DNA of 32,000 nucleotides from Planctomycetales bacterium (GTDB lineage Bacteria; 4484-113; JAFGCY01): NCBI GenBank assembly GCA_022646745.1, contig CP060262.1, positions 3,210,001 to 3,242,000 of the forward strand, read 5' to 3'. Shown piece by piece: positions 1 to 8,825 of this stretch (position 1 is its first letter; each line of letters starts with the position of its first letter). The notes under the pieces were generated by a model. It saw only the letters and a program-made list of their open reading frames with translations, ran no database searches and was not told where the DNA came from. The position numbers and the translations under genes were made by a program.

Positions 1-302
1 TCGTCTATGTGGATGACGTCGTGGCAGGGACGATGCTTGCCGCGACAAGCGAAGCCGGTATCTACAACATCGGTAGCGGTAAGGCCCGCAGCTTCAACGA
101 CATCATAGCCATTCTCAATGAATGCCTCGGTACGGATCTTGAGCCGGAGTACATCCCCAATCCATACATTGCGTTCTACCAGAACCATACCGAAGCCGAC
201 ATCAGCCGCTCGAAGAAGAAACTTGGCTATGAGCCCCAGTACGGGCTCAAGAAAGGCATCCGGGCATACGTGGACTGGCTCAGTAGCAACGACGCAGCCT
301 GA
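1..302 (+). CDS. hldD: NAD-dependent sugar epimerase, ADP-L-glycero-D-manno-heptose 6-epimerase-like; C-terminal fragment with the 5' end outside the window
   Basis: The frame is open from base 3 (VYVDDVV...). GIYNIGSGKARSFNDI, YIPNP and FYQNHTEADISRSKKKLGYEPQY match the C-terminal pattern of HldD/RfaD (GIFNLGTGRAESF ... YQAFTQADL ... GY). Stop at 300-302. Confidence 0.65.
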   Translation, partial: VYVDDVVAGTMLAATSEAGIYNIGSGKARSFNDIIAILNECLGTDLEPEYIPNPYIAFYQNHTEADISRSKKKLGYEPQYGLKKGIRAYVDWLSSNDAA

Positions 303-697
303 TGCCAGCCAGACAGCATTTCACCTCTGGCAACATCTGGGAGCAGCGTGCCGGATTCAGCCGCGCCATCCGTGTAGGGGACACTGTGTACACCGCTGGC
401 ACGATCGCTGTCGATAAGGAAGGCAGGACCCAGGGTGCTGGTTGCTACGAGCAGTGCATCTACATTAGCAAGCTGCTAGGCGGCATCCTCGAACAGGCCG
501 GCAGCTCACTACAGAACGTAGTACGGGTGCGCGCTTACCTCGTAAACAAGGAAGATGCATCGGAGTTCACACGATTCCAGCGAGATGTGTTCGGCGATAT
601 CAGGCCTGTCGCCACCTGCGTGATTGTCAGCGGCCTGTTTGGCGAGGGAACTGTTGTGGAACTTGAACTGGTGGCAGTGGATCAAGCTCAGGACTGA
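302..697 (+). CDS. RidA/YjgF/endoribonuclease L-PSP family protein
   Basis: 131 aa. VYTAGTIAVDKEG ... CYEQCIYISKLLGGILEQAGSSLQNVVRVRAYL ... RPVATCVIVSGL ... VELELVAV fits the YjgF/RidA fold pattern. The ATG overlaps the upstream stop (TGATG), suggesting coupling. Confidence 0.7.
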   Translation: MPARQHFTSGNIWEQRAGFSRAIRVGDTVYTAGTIAVDKEGRTQGAGCYEQCIYISKLLGGILEQAGSSLQNVVRVRAYLVNKEDASEFTRFQRDVFGDIRPVATCVIVSGLFGEGTVVELELVAVDQAQD

Positions 698-1083
698 TTT
701 ACATCCTCTTCACTATCCACTTCATCCGAAGCAGCCGCATTACCTTCATCAGGGTTGCCAGCATGAGTCAATGCATCCTCTCCGGGAACATCCTCAGATG
801 CATTTCCAGCATCCATGGAAGCCGGATCAATCTCGATAGTGAAGCTCAGGGATGCGTCGTTGCTATCCTTCCAGAAGGCCCGCACCGTGCTTTCCTCGCC
901 GAAGGCGATGAATGCAAGGCGGCTTGGCTTGCTGGCAACTGAGATCTGCGGAGGCGTGACTTCCTCCAGGCTGGCGATTGAAACAGGTGATGGCAGTGCA
1001 TAGATGTAGGTGACACAGACCATCCCGAGAAGGAGTGATCCCAGGATCCAGGCAAGGAATACTCGTGCCAGTCGCCGCTGCAC
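688..1083 (-). CDS. Hypothetical signal-anchored protein with an acidic C-terminal tail
   Basis: The ORF track gives 688..1110. TACAAT (1095..1090, minus strand) lies 6 nt upstream of in-frame GTG at 1083. That start gives MQRRLARVFLAWILGSLLLGMVCV (basic n-region plus TM helix) and a D/E-rich C-terminus. No family recognised. Confidence 0.5.
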   Translation of the reverse strand: MQRRLARVFLAWILGSLLLGMVCVTYIYALPSPVSIASLEEVTPPQISVASKPSRLAFIAFGEESTVRAFWKDSNDASLSFTIEIDPASMDAGNASEDVPGEDALTHAGNPDEGNAAASDEVDSEEDVNQS

Positions 1084-1089
1084 CCCCTG

Positions 1090-1095
1090 ATTGTA
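1090..1095 (-). promoter_or_regulatory. -10 box TACAAT, 6 nt upstream of GTG 1083 (putative leaderless promoter)
   Basis: Plus strand attgta at 1090-1095, spacer cccctg, cac (GTG) at 1081-1083. Confidence 0.45.
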
Positions 1096-1124
1096 ACTGA
1101 TCCCAGCCAACAGGAAGTTTTCGA

Positions 1125-1130
1125 TATAAT
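1125..1130 (+). promoter_or_regulatory. -10 box TATAAT upstream of the transglutaminase-like gene (leadered; GAGGGA Shine-Dalgarno before ATG 1166)
   Basis: gatataatcaagg at 1123-1135. GAGGGA about 7 nt before ATG 1166. Confidence 0.35.
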
Positions 1131-1165
1131 CAAGGAACTAAGCGATAGCATGTAGAGGGACAGAC

Positions 1166-2635
1166 ATGTTCTACGACAGACGTTCAACGTTATGGGGGAA
1201 AGTTGCTTCGTGCCTACTCCCGGTTTTATGTGCCATGCTCCTGGGCAGTTGTGAAAAGCGTGATGAGTATGGAGTGCTGGTAGGTGATTCCGGTCTGAAG
1301 CCCGGCATCAACTACATGCAGCCGAATAAATGGGAAATCACCTACCGGTACAAGGTCAAGGAGATCATCCCGACGCGCATTTCCCGCGATAAAAAACCGG
1401 CCGCCATTGATTCAGGCACTCCCGTGGTTGGTCCAGGCACTTTTGAGGTCTGGCTGTGTGGCCCGATGGCATGCGACGAGGTGCGTGACGTAAAGCTGAC
1501 TTATGTGAACCCTGAACCAACGGCCCAGGAATATGATGAGGACCAGGGAATCACTTATCTCTATTATGATTTTGCGCCGGATAACCGCTTGCCTCACAAC
1601 TTCGCAGTCGAAGCAACCTGGACCTGCTATACCTTCGAGCGCTACACGCACTGGAAGGATATTGAAAAGATGATCAAGCCCTACGACAAGGAAAGCGAAC
1701 TCTACAAGCGTTATACGCAGGAGGAGTATCCAATCGTCTTTCACAAGGGCCTCAACAAGGACGCGAAGGATCATGTCAACGTATCTGACCCCGATGACAT
1801 CATTGGAACCTGCCTCAACATTTATAACGACATAGTTGTCAACTACAACTATGACTTCCTGAAGATGGGATATTCACAATATGGTGAAGATGGCCTCCTC
1901 CCGACAGACAGAGTATGGATTAACAAACGCGGAGTATGTGACGAGTTTGCCAACATCTTCTGTGCAATGGCCAGGGTCAACGGCATACCAGCACGCCCCT
2001 GCGCAGGAATCTCCCATTACCCTAGCGAAGGTGGATCAGCTATTGATTACAATGAAAACGGATCTGACAACTACATTGGCCTTGAACTTGGACAGCATGC
2101 ATGGGCCGAATTCTACCTTGAGGGAGTAGGCTGGATTCCAGTGGATCCAACCTGGGCAGATGACACGGAGAAGATCCATAAGGTTCTCAGTCCGATGGGT
2201 GCCAAGCGTGGAATCACCTATCCGGACTACTATTTCGGAAAGTTGGATCCTTTCCGTATAACCCTCTACAAGGGATGGAACTACCACCTGAAACCACAAC
2301 CCCGTACTCCCGATGCTGATCCGGTGCAGGACCTCATGATCATGGGCACTGCACGACACAGTAATGTCAAGGACATGGTCTATGGGTTTGACTGGTCAGA
2401 GTTGTTGACGCCAGAGGAACTGGCTGCCACCCAGTATATGGGACTTGAAGTTGCCAGCACATCTAACTGGGAAATGAATAACATGGACTATAAGGTCACT
2501 CACCTTTCTGAAATGCCAAAGGAAGAGCTTGAACCGATCATCGCGCAAATCAGGGCCGAAGGACACAACTATATCCAGGTACCCCAGTTCCCCTGGGTCA
2601 ACAGCCGTGAACAGATGACTGACAACAGCTGGTAA
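1166..2635 (+). CDS. Transglutaminase-like cysteine peptidase-domain lipoprotein
   Basis: 489 aa. Lipobox LLGSC near the N-terminus. Transglutaminase-core Cys/His/Asp context: RGVCDEFANIFCAMARVNGIPAR ... GQHAWAEFYLEGVGWIPVDPTW. Confidence 0.8.
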   Translation: MFYDRRSTLWGKVASCLLPVLCAMLLGSCEKRDEYGVLVGDSGLKPGINYMQPNKWEITYRYKVKEIIPTRISRDKKPAAIDSGTPVVGPGTFEVWLCGPMACDEVRDVKLTYVNPEPTAQEYDEDQGITYLYYDFAPDNRLPHNFAVEATWTCYTFERYTHWKDIEKMIKPYDKESELYKRYTQEEYPIVFHKGLNKDAKDHVNVSDPDDIIGTCLNIYNDIVVNYNYDFLKMGYSQYGEDGLLPTDRVWINKRGVCDEFANIFCAMARVNGIPARPCAGISHYPSEGGSAIDYNENGSDNYIGLELGQHAWAEFYLEGVGWIPVDPTWADDTEKIHKVLSPMGAKRGITYPDYYFGKLDPFRITLYKGWNYHLKPQPRTPDADPVQDLMIMGTARHSNVKDMVYGFDWSELLTPEELAATQYMGLEVASTSNWEMNNMDYKVTHLSEMPKEELEPIIAQIRAEGHNYIQVPQFPWVNSREQMTDNSW

Positions 2636-2673
2636 CGAACGCAGCATGGATGGCCTGTGTTAACATCGCAGAA

Positions 2674-2753
2674 CACGTGGGGAGCCTGACAGGCTGAGAG
2701 GGCGCAAGCCGACCCATTGAACCTGATCCGGGTAATGCCGGCGCAGGGATGTG
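2674..2753 (+). promoter_or_regulatory. TPP (THI-box) riboswitch aptamer
   Basis: ggggagc..ctgagag..gaccc..acctgatccgggtaatgccggcgcaggga matches the conserved THI element (GGGGUGC, CUGAGA, ACCUGAUCUGGAUAAUGCCAGCG-AGGGA). Short P1 CACG/TGTG. Sits directly 5' of a CytX-like permease. A hairpin acctgc-N8-gcaggt (2755-2774) follows. Confidence 0.9.
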
Positions 2754-2806
2754 GACCTGCAGCATTCCGCAGGTTTCCCGCGTGCAAGAAGCATCTGGAG
2801 CATGCC

Positions 2807-4198
2807 TTGCAGCACAGTGAACATAAACCGGTCCCCGAAGGCGAGCGCAGCCTGAAGGCTTCCGACCTTTTCTTCATCTGGTTCGGAGCAGCAATTGCCA
2901 TATCCGAGATCTGGGGCGGAGGCCTGCCGTCCCTGGCTGGAGTCGGCCTGGCTGCCGGGCTCGTGGCAATCCTCATCGGCCGCGTGATCGGCAATGGACT
3001 TATGGGAGCAATGGCGGCGATCGGCGCACGCAGCGGCCTTCCCACCATGGTGCTGACCCGTCCGGCCTTCGGCATCCGTGGCAGTATCCTCCCCGCAGCA
3101 TTCAATGTGATCCAGTTGCTCGGCTGGACCGGCTGGATGCTGTTCGTCGGCTTCCTCTATATGGACAAGCTGGCAGAGTTCACTGGATTGCCAACCAGTG
3201 CCGACCTGCCTGCAATGAAGTATGTCTGGATCATCCTGCTTGGAGCACTATGCATGCTCTGGGCAGCGGGTGGCCAGAAGTTCTGGCGCACGGTCCAGTC
3301 CATCAGTGCAGTGCTGTTGTTCGTACTTACCCTGGCAATGACCTGGATCGTGCTTCGCAGCAATGCAGCACCAACCCTTGATTTCAGTGGCGCGGGGCCA
3401 CTGCAGATGCTTGCTGCGGCTGATGTTGTAGTGGCCATGAGCATCTCATGGTTGCCACTCGTCGCTGACTACAGCCGCTTCAGCAATAGCCCGCGAGCCA
3501 GTGCCGCGGGTACCTTCTGGGGTTACTTCGTCGGTGGAACATGGATGTACGCGGTCGGACTGCTGGTTGCAAGTTCACATGGCATTACCAGCTTTGATTC
3601 AATCACACCTGACGGGCTCGTGATTGAGACCATGGGCAGTGCTGGCCTGGCCTGGGCCCTGGCCGCGATCGTCCTGGTGTTGATCAGCACAGTGACCACC
3701 ACATTCCTCGACATATACAGCTGCGTTGTCAGCAGCCAGAGCCTGGTGCCATCCATCAGGGACCGCACCGGCAACATCGTCACCGGTGTGCTGGGAATCC
3801 TGATCGCGCTGTTCCTGGACACCGCGATCTTCGAACCCTTCCTGCTGGCGATCGGCGCCATCTTCCTGCCCATCTTCGTGATTGTCCTGCTGTGGCACTA
3901 TCTCCCCCGCACTGCCCAGTTTGATCCGGCAGAGATTGACAACCGGCGAGGTCCCTACTGGTACATGTCGGGCTTCAACCTGCCAGCCCTGCTGGCCTGG
4001 ATCGTCGGCTTTGTCGTGTATGACTTGGCGCGAGGCTTCGGCAGCATCAGCTACTTTGCCGGATTGCATGGAATCACCATAGAGGGGAATGAACTTGCGA
4101 TTGGCTCATCCCTGCCCTGCATCCTGGCAACCGCAGCCGCATACATTCTGTTGGTGAAGTTGATGCCGGCCAGCCAGCCGCGGGGACAGTCCGACTAG
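2807..4198 (+). CDS. cytX: NCS1/cytosine-permease family transporter, CytX-like (putative hydroxymethylpyrimidine/thiamine-precursor transporter)
   Basis: The ORF track start (2717, TTG) lies inside the riboswitch aptamer. In-frame TTG at 2807 is preceded by GGAG (2797-2800, 6-nt spacer). The protein is polytopic and hydrophobic (about 12 TM by eye), and linkage to a THI box is typical of CytX. Confidence 0.75.
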   Translation: MQHSEHKPVPEGERSLKASDLFFIWFGAAIAISEIWGGGLPSLAGVGLAAGLVAILIGRVIGNGLMGAMAAIGARSGLPTMVLTRPAFGIRGSILPAAFNVIQLLGWTGWMLFVGFLYMDKLAEFTGLPTSADLPAMKYVWIILLGALCMLWAAGGQKFWRTVQSISAVLLFVLTLAMTWIVLRSNAAPTLDFSGAGPLQMLAAADVVVAMSISWLPLVADYSRFSNSPRASAAGTFWGYFVGGTWMYAVGLLVASSHGITSFDSITPDGLVIETMGSAGLAWALAAIVLVLISTVTTTFLDIYSCVVSSQSLVPSIRDRTGNIVTGVLGILIALFLDTAIFEPFLLAIGAIFLPIFVIVLLWHYLPRTAQFDPAEIDNRRGPYWYMSGFNLPALLAWIVGFVVYDLARGFGSISYFAGLHGITIEGNELAIGSSLPCILATAAAYILLVKLMPASQPRGQSD

Positions 4199-6021
4199 TC
4201 GTCCTTGTTCCCCTTGATGGCCTGGTCATAGGTCAACACTGACAGGAAGGCATCCTGCGGGATGTCCACATTGCCGATCATCTTCATGCGCGCCTTGCCC
4301 TTCTTCTGCCGTTCAAGCAGCTTGCGCTTGCGGCTGATGTCGCCGCCGTAACACTTACTGGTAACGTCCTTGCGCAGCGGAGCGATGTTCATGCGGGCAA
4401 TCATCGTGTTGCCGATCGCAGCCTGCAGGGGAATCTGGAACTGGTGGCGACGGATGGTCTTCTGCAGCTTCTCCACCACCTTGCGGCCCCGGTAGTGGGA
4501 ATCACTGCGGTGACAGATGAAGGAAAGCGCTTCCGCCTTCTCGCCGTTGACTAGGATGTCAACCTTTACCAGATCAGACTGCTGGTACTCGTCGAAGTGG
4601 TATTCGAAGCTGGCCAATCCACGTGAGATTGTCTTCAGGTTGTCATAGAAGTCATACAGGATGTCAGCCAGTGGCAGGCGGAAGCTGAGGTTCATCCGGT
4701 CGTTGCCGATGTACTCGCTTCCGAGGAACTCACCGCGCTTCTTCTTCGCCAGCTCGATGATCTGAGAGAAGTACTTGCTGGGGACAATGATCGATGCCTT
4801 GACTGTCGGCTCCTCAATATGGTCGATCTTCGTCAGGTCAGGATACTTGCTCGGATTGTCAACCGTAAGCATGTCACCGCTTTTCATGTACACGTGGTAC
4901 ACCACGCTGGGGCTGGTGATCACGAGGTCAATGTCGTATTCGCGCTCCAGCCTCTCCTGCACGATCTCCATGTGCAGCAGGCCGAGGAATCCACAGCGGA
5001 AACCGAATCCCAGAGCTTCTGATGACTCCTGCTCGAAGTGCAGTGCCGCATCGTTCAGCTGGAGCTTCTCCAGCGCCTTCTTCAGCTCCTCGACATCCTC
5101 AGCCTGAGTCGGGTAGAAGCTGCAGAAAACAAGTGACTGCGCCTCGGCATATCCCTCAATTGGTGCCGAGGCAGGATTGGCTGCGGTAGTAATCGTGTCA
5201 CCGACCCGGGAATCACCGACACTCTTGATGCCACTCACAACGTAACCAACCTCGCCTGCAGACAGGTCCTTCACTGGCATCATTTCCGGGGAGAAGATGC
5301 CAACCTCACCGACTTCATACTTGCGGCCGGTGGACATCATCATCAACTGGTCTCTTGCGGATATCTTCCCGTCGAACACGCGGCAATATGTGACCACACC
5401 ACGGTACTTGTCGAAATGGCTGTCGAAGATCAATGCCCGGAGTGGAGACTCGCTATCTCCCTTTGGCGGGTCAACGCGCTTGATCACTTCCTCGAGCAGC
5501 TCCTGTACACCGTCCCCGGTCTTGCCTGATGCGCGCAGCACATCCTCCGGCTTGCCTCCGATTATCGAGCAGATCTCAGCTGCTACCTCGTCCGGCCGGG
5601 CGACCGGCAGGTCAATCTTGTTCAGTACCGGAATAATCTCGAGATCGGCATCCAGCGCAAGGTACAGGTTCGCGAGAGTCTGAGCCTCGATGCCCTGTGC
5701 AGCGTCCACCAGCAGGATTGCTCCTTCGCAGGCCTTCAGGCTGCGGGAAACCTCATACGCGAAGTCCACGTGGCCTGGTGTGTCAATCAGGTTCAGTTCG
5801 TATGTGTTGCCGTCCCTGCTCAGGAAGTTCAGACGTACGGCCTGCAGCTTGATGGTGATCCCACGCTCCCGCTCGAGATCCATCCGGTCCAGCACCTGGT
5901 CCTTCATCTTGCGTTCTTCCACGGCACCACACACGTCGATGAACCGGTCGGCCAGCGTGGACTTGCCGTGGTCGATGTGCGCAATGATACAGAAATTGCG
6001 GATGAGTTTTAGGTCGGTCAT
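4195..6021 (-). CDS. lepA: Translation elongation factor 4 (LepA)
   Basis: 608 aa. IRNFCIIAHIDHGKSTLADR, DTPGHVDF, NKID G-motifs and a full-length LepA C-terminus (...GGDISRKRKLLERQKKGKARMK). Confidence 0.97.
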   Translation of the reverse strand: MTDLKLIRNFCIIAHIDHGKSTLADRFIDVCGAVEERKMKDQVLDRMDLERERGITIKLQAVRLNFLSRDGNTYELNLIDTPGHVDFAYEVSRSLKACEGAILLVDAAQGIEAQTLANLYLALDADLEIIPVLNKIDLPVARPDEVAAEICSIIGGKPEDVLRASGKTGDGVQELLEEVIKRVDPPKGDSESPLRALIFDSHFDKYRGVVTYCRVFDGKISARDQLMMMSTGRKYEVGEVGIFSPEMMPVKDLSAGEVGYVVSGIKSVGDSRVGDTITTAANPASAPIEGYAEAQSLVFCSFYPTQAEDVEELKKALEKLQLNDAALHFEQESSEALGFGFRCGFLGLLHMEIVQERLEREYDIDLVITSPSVVYHVYMKSGDMLTVDNPSKYPDLTKIDHIEEPTVKASIIVPSKYFSQIIELAKKKRGEFLGSEYIGNDRMNLSFRLPLADILYDFYDNLKTISRGLASFEYHFDEYQQSDLVKVDILVNGEKAEALSFICHRSDSHYRGRKVVEKLQKTIRRHQFQIPLQAAIGNTMIARMNIAPLRKDVTSKCYGGDISRKRKLLERQKKGKARMKMIGNVDIPQDAFLSVLTYDQAIKGNKDD

Positions 6022-6197
6022 GGTCGCAGGGATGATATCAAATAATACAGGGATTGCCGCCCTATGGACCAGTGAGCAAGGGTGAATATCATTCCGGGTT
6101 GACCTTCTGGCGATTGCGGCGATTTCCTGTTGTGATAGTATGTTAATAGTGGCTTTGGTACTTCTCAGGACAATCTGACTGCACTGGAGGCAAGAAT

Positions 6198-6782
6198 TTG
6201 GAGATTACGACAAAGGCACGTAATGCTGAAATCAATGATGACCTTGAGCTCTACGCCAACCGGAAGATAGAGAAACTCTCCAAGTACAACAACCGCCTGC
6301 AAAACGCCACCATCGTGTTCGAGGATGGCGCCAGCAAGGACAACACACGCAGCCGCCGGGTTGAGGTGCTGGTTACAGTGCCGGGACAGACCCTCGTCAG
6401 CGAGGATGAGGGTGAGAGCTTCTATATCGCCATCGATGGCGCTACCGACAAGATGAAGCGGCAGCTACGCAAGCTCAAGACCAAGCGCATCCAGAAGCAC
6501 CGTGACGTAGAGAAATTCAGCATTGCTGAATCCGAGGTTGCGGCAGCGGACGAACATGACATCGTGCTGGACGATAGCCATGAGGAAACGGCAAGCGGTA
6601 AACGGATTGTGGTCCGTACCTTCCCGCTGAAGCCCATCAGCACCAATGAGGCAGCCCGCATGCTGGAAAGCAACGGCCACAGCTTCCTGGTGTTCATCAA
6701 TGAACAGGGATCGGCCAACTGCCTATACAAGCGCGAGGATGGCCACTACGGCCTGCTGGCACCGGAGAATACCGTCGACTGA
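6198..6782 (+). CDS. hpf: Ribosome hibernation-promoting factor, long form (HPF/RaiA family)
   Basis: 194 aa. The N-terminal sigma54-modulation/S30EA domain begins MEITTKARNAEINDDLELYANRKIEKL. The C-terminal dimerisation domain is IVVRTFPLKPISTNEAARMLESNGHSFLVFIN. TTG start with GGAGG 7 nt upstream. Confidence 0.9.
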   Translation: MEITTKARNAEINDDLELYANRKIEKLSKYNNRLQNATIVFEDGASKDNTRSRRVEVLVTVPGQTLVSEDEGESFYIAIDGATDKMKRQLRKLKTKRIQKHRDVEKFSIAESEVAAADEHDIVLDDSHEETASGKRIVVRTFPLKPISTNEAARMLESNGHSFLVFINEQGSANCLYKREDGHYGLLAPENTVD

Positions 6783-6824
6783 CAACTTCCTGCCAAATGA
6801 GCGGGACATATCGGATAGCGGATG

Positions 6825-6830
6825 TATAAT
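6825..6830 (+). promoter_or_regulatory. -10 box TATAAT, 6 nt upstream of ATG 6837 (putative leaderless promoter)
   Basis: gatgTATAATcagcggATG. The ORF-track start (6822) overlaps the box and yields the artefactual N-terminus MYNQR. Confidence 0.45.
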
Positions 6831-6836
6831 CAGCGG

Positions 6837-8033
6837 ATGCTGGTCATCTGCCCCCATTGTCAGGCCGAGAACGAGGACGTAGCCCGCTTCTGCAACCAGT
6901 GCGGCAACCCGCTGGGCAACTCCCTGCCGGAAAACCGGCCAGTCGCAGTTGCGACGGAAGTCAAGCTGGAAGGCACACCGGCCAGTGGTGGTTCGATCAA
7001 CTGGACGGGCCTGATAGTTGTGGCAGTCGCCGTGTTCGCGATCTGGTTCATGGTTGGCAAGAAACCCTCGGCAAGTGAAGGCGGGATGCCCTCCGGTTCC
7101 GCTCCGATGATGGAGCAGGTGCTTAAGCAAGTCGCAGACCTGAAGACACGGCTCGCTGATAACCCAGGTGATGTGGACACGATCACCGAGATGTACCAGC
7201 TCTATGCGCAGGTCGGCAAGACCGCCGAGGTCACGCCCTACGTTGAGGCTGCACTCGACAACATAGTGGCCAACGAGGATGGCATGAACACCCAGGACCA
7301 GGGTGACAAGCTGCTGGCCCTGTTCATAGCCGCATACGAGAACCAGGAGGACGAGCTCTGTCTGAAGATCCTCAAGGAGTACCACAGGACCTTCCCGGAG
7401 AACATCAGGATCCTGAAGGTGCTTGGCGACCTTTCCTATGACAGCCGCCAGTGGAACGATGCCATTGACTACTATGGCCAGTACACTGACCAGGCCAGGC
7501 TTGAGGATGACCCAGACAACTATCTCAACGCCATGACAGACATGGGTAGCTGCTACATCCAGCTTGCCGGAGATGAGAATCCGGATTCAGACCAGCTTAA
7601 CAAGGCAATTGAAGTGTTCAAGACCGTGCTGTCGCTGCGAGGTGACTTCTGGCAGGCTCACTTCAACCTTGGGATTGCACACGGCAAGCTTGGTGAACAG
7701 GACGAGGCAATCCTTGAGTGGAACTGGTGCAGGGACAACACCGAAAGCGTGATGGAGAAGTGGCGCGCTGAATATGCTGCCGCGGAAATGCTCGGTGAAG
7801 AACTGCCGCCGATGCCCAGCAGCCCGCATGGTGAAGGCTTTGGCATGGCCAATCCCCATGGTGAGGGTGGGATGATGAATCCCCACGGTGAAGGCGAAAT
7901 GATGATGAGCCCTGACTCCGTAGGCACCGCCCCTCCACTGGACGGCGACAACCTGCCTCCGAACCCCCACAGCGAGGAGTTCCTGCAGGAACACCGGGAT
8001 GAACAGCAATCCGGCGAAGCTAGCGACGGCTAG
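6837..8033 (+). CDS. Zinc-ribbon / single-TM / TPR-repeat protein with a Met/His-rich PHGEG-repeat tail
   Basis: MLVICPHCQAENEDVARFCNQCGNPLG is a double CxxC zinc ribbon. A TM helix (LIVVAVAVFAIWFMV) and TPR-like helical repeats follow. The C-terminus has PHGEGFGMANPHGEGGMMNPHGEGEMMM. The ORF track gives 6822..8033. Confidence 0.7.
   Translation: MLVICPHCQAENEDVARFCNQCGNPLGNSLPENRPVAVATEVKLEGTPASGGSINWTGLIVVAVAVFAIWFMVGKKPSASEGGMPSGSAPMMEQVLKQVADLKTRLADNPGDVDTITEMYQLYAQVGKTAEVTPYVEAALDNIVANEDGMNTQDQGDKLLALFIAAYENQEDELCLKILKEYHRTFPENIRILKVLGDLSYDSRQWNDAIDYYGQYTDQARLEDDPDNYLNAMTDMGSCYIQLAGDENPDSDQLNKAIEVFKTVLSLRGDFWQAHFNLGIAHGKLGEQDEAILEWNWCRDNTESVMEKWRAEYAAAEMLGEELPPMPSSPHGEGFGMANPHGEGGMMNPHGEGEMMMSPDSVGTAPPLDGDNLPPNPHSEEFLQEHRDEQQSGEASDG
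7821..7976 (+). repeat. Imperfect in-frame tandem repeats encoding (N)PHGEG-(M/G)n motifs
   Basis: ccgcatggtgaaggc / ccccatggtgagggt / ccccacggtgaaggc units, each followed by Met-rich codons. A fourth degenerate NPHSEE copy is at about 7964. Confidence 0.7.
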
Positions 8034-8047
8034 GATCGAACTGACCT

Positions 8048-8053
8048 TATAAT
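8048..8053 (+). promoter_or_regulatory. -10 box TATAAT, 7 nt upstream of kdsB ATG 8061 (putative leaderless promoter)
   Basis: ccTTATAATctgcgccATG. No Shine-Dalgarno fits in the 7-nt spacer. The KdsB N-terminus at 8061 is the canonical one. Confidence 0.5.
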
Positions 8054-8060
8054 CTGCGCC

Positions 8061-8789
8061 ATGCAGGTACTAGGTGTTATCCCGGCGCGCTTCGCGTCAA
8101 CCCGTTTTCCCGGCAAGCCCCTGGCTGAAATTGCCGGCGTCAGCATGGTCCAGCGCGTCTGGGACCAGGTCAGCCGATGCTCCACGCTGACTGATGCTGT
8201 GGTTGCCACTGAAGACCAGCGCATCATCGACCATGTGCAGTCATTCGGCGGCAAGGCAATCATGACCAGCGCTGAGCATGCCTCCGGAACTGACCGGATC
8301 GGCGAGGTGGCAAACGCCTACCCGCAGATGGACTACCTGCTTAACATCCAGGGCGATGAACCACTGTTGGATCCGCAAGCCATTGATGACCTTGTCCGGG
8401 CTACCCTTGAGCATCGCTGGGCAATGAGCACCCTGGTCCACCCGCTGGGTGGCGACCCTGAGCATCCTGATGTCTCCAACCCGAACTGCGTCAAGGCAGT
8501 CCGTGCCCTCGACGGGATGGCTCTATATTTCTCACGTTCGCCGATCCCCTATCCGCGTGATGCCCAGTCGGCCAGCTATCTCAAGCATATCGGCATCTAC
8601 ATGTATGACCGGGAAACCCTGGCTCGCCTCTGTGCCCTGCCCCGCACTCCGCTGGAGGCCAGCGAGAGCCTAGAGCAGCTGCGTGCGATGGAGAACGGCA
8701 TCAGCATCTATTCAGTGGAAACCAGCTACAACCCTGTGGCAGTTGACGTGCCTGAGGATGTCCAGCGTGCAGAGGAGCGATTGAAGTAG
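8061..8789 (+). CDS. kdsB: 3-deoxy-manno-octulosonate cytidylyltransferase (CMP-KDO synthetase)
   Basis: 242 aa. VIPARFASTRFPGKPL N-terminal signature, IQGDEPLL, YFSRSPIPY, HIGIYMY. Confidence 0.93.
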   Translation: MQVLGVIPARFASTRFPGKPLAEIAGVSMVQRVWDQVSRCSTLTDAVVATEDQRIIDHVQSFGGKAIMTSAEHASGTDRIGEVANAYPQMDYLLNIQGDEPLLDPQAIDDLVRATLEHRWAMSTLVHPLGGDPEHPDVSNPNCVKAVRALDGMALYFSRSPIPYPRDAQSASYLKHIGIYMYDRETLARLCALPRTPLEASESLEQLRAMENGISIYSVETSYNPVAVDVPEDVQRAEERLK

Positions 8790-8813
8790 GCTGGCAGAGT
8801 CTGATTCCCGCAT

Positions 8814-8819
8814 TAAAAT
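8814..8819 (+). promoter_or_regulatory. -10-like box TAAAAT, 6 nt upstream of GTG 8826
   Basis: cattAAAATatagatGTG. Same geometry as the other leaderless candidates. Confidence 0.35.
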
Positions 8820-8825
8820 ATAGAT

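Noticed and set aside
6022-6197. Sigma-54 promoter upstream of hpf (hpf is often linked to rpoN)
   Set aside because: tggctttggtacttc only superficially resembles TGGCAC-N5-TTGCA, because the GG/GC spacing does not fit. No rpoN or ptsN is adjacent.
6822-6836. ORF-track N-terminal extensions MYNQR- (6822) and MYNPQ- (rapZ, 20525), plus extensions at 1110, 14145, 25756, 27580, 21406 and 2717
   Set aside because: The extensions encode a TATAAT box, overlap an upstream gene or lie inside the riboswitch. Downstream in-frame starts give canonical family N-termini or proper signal/TM segments.
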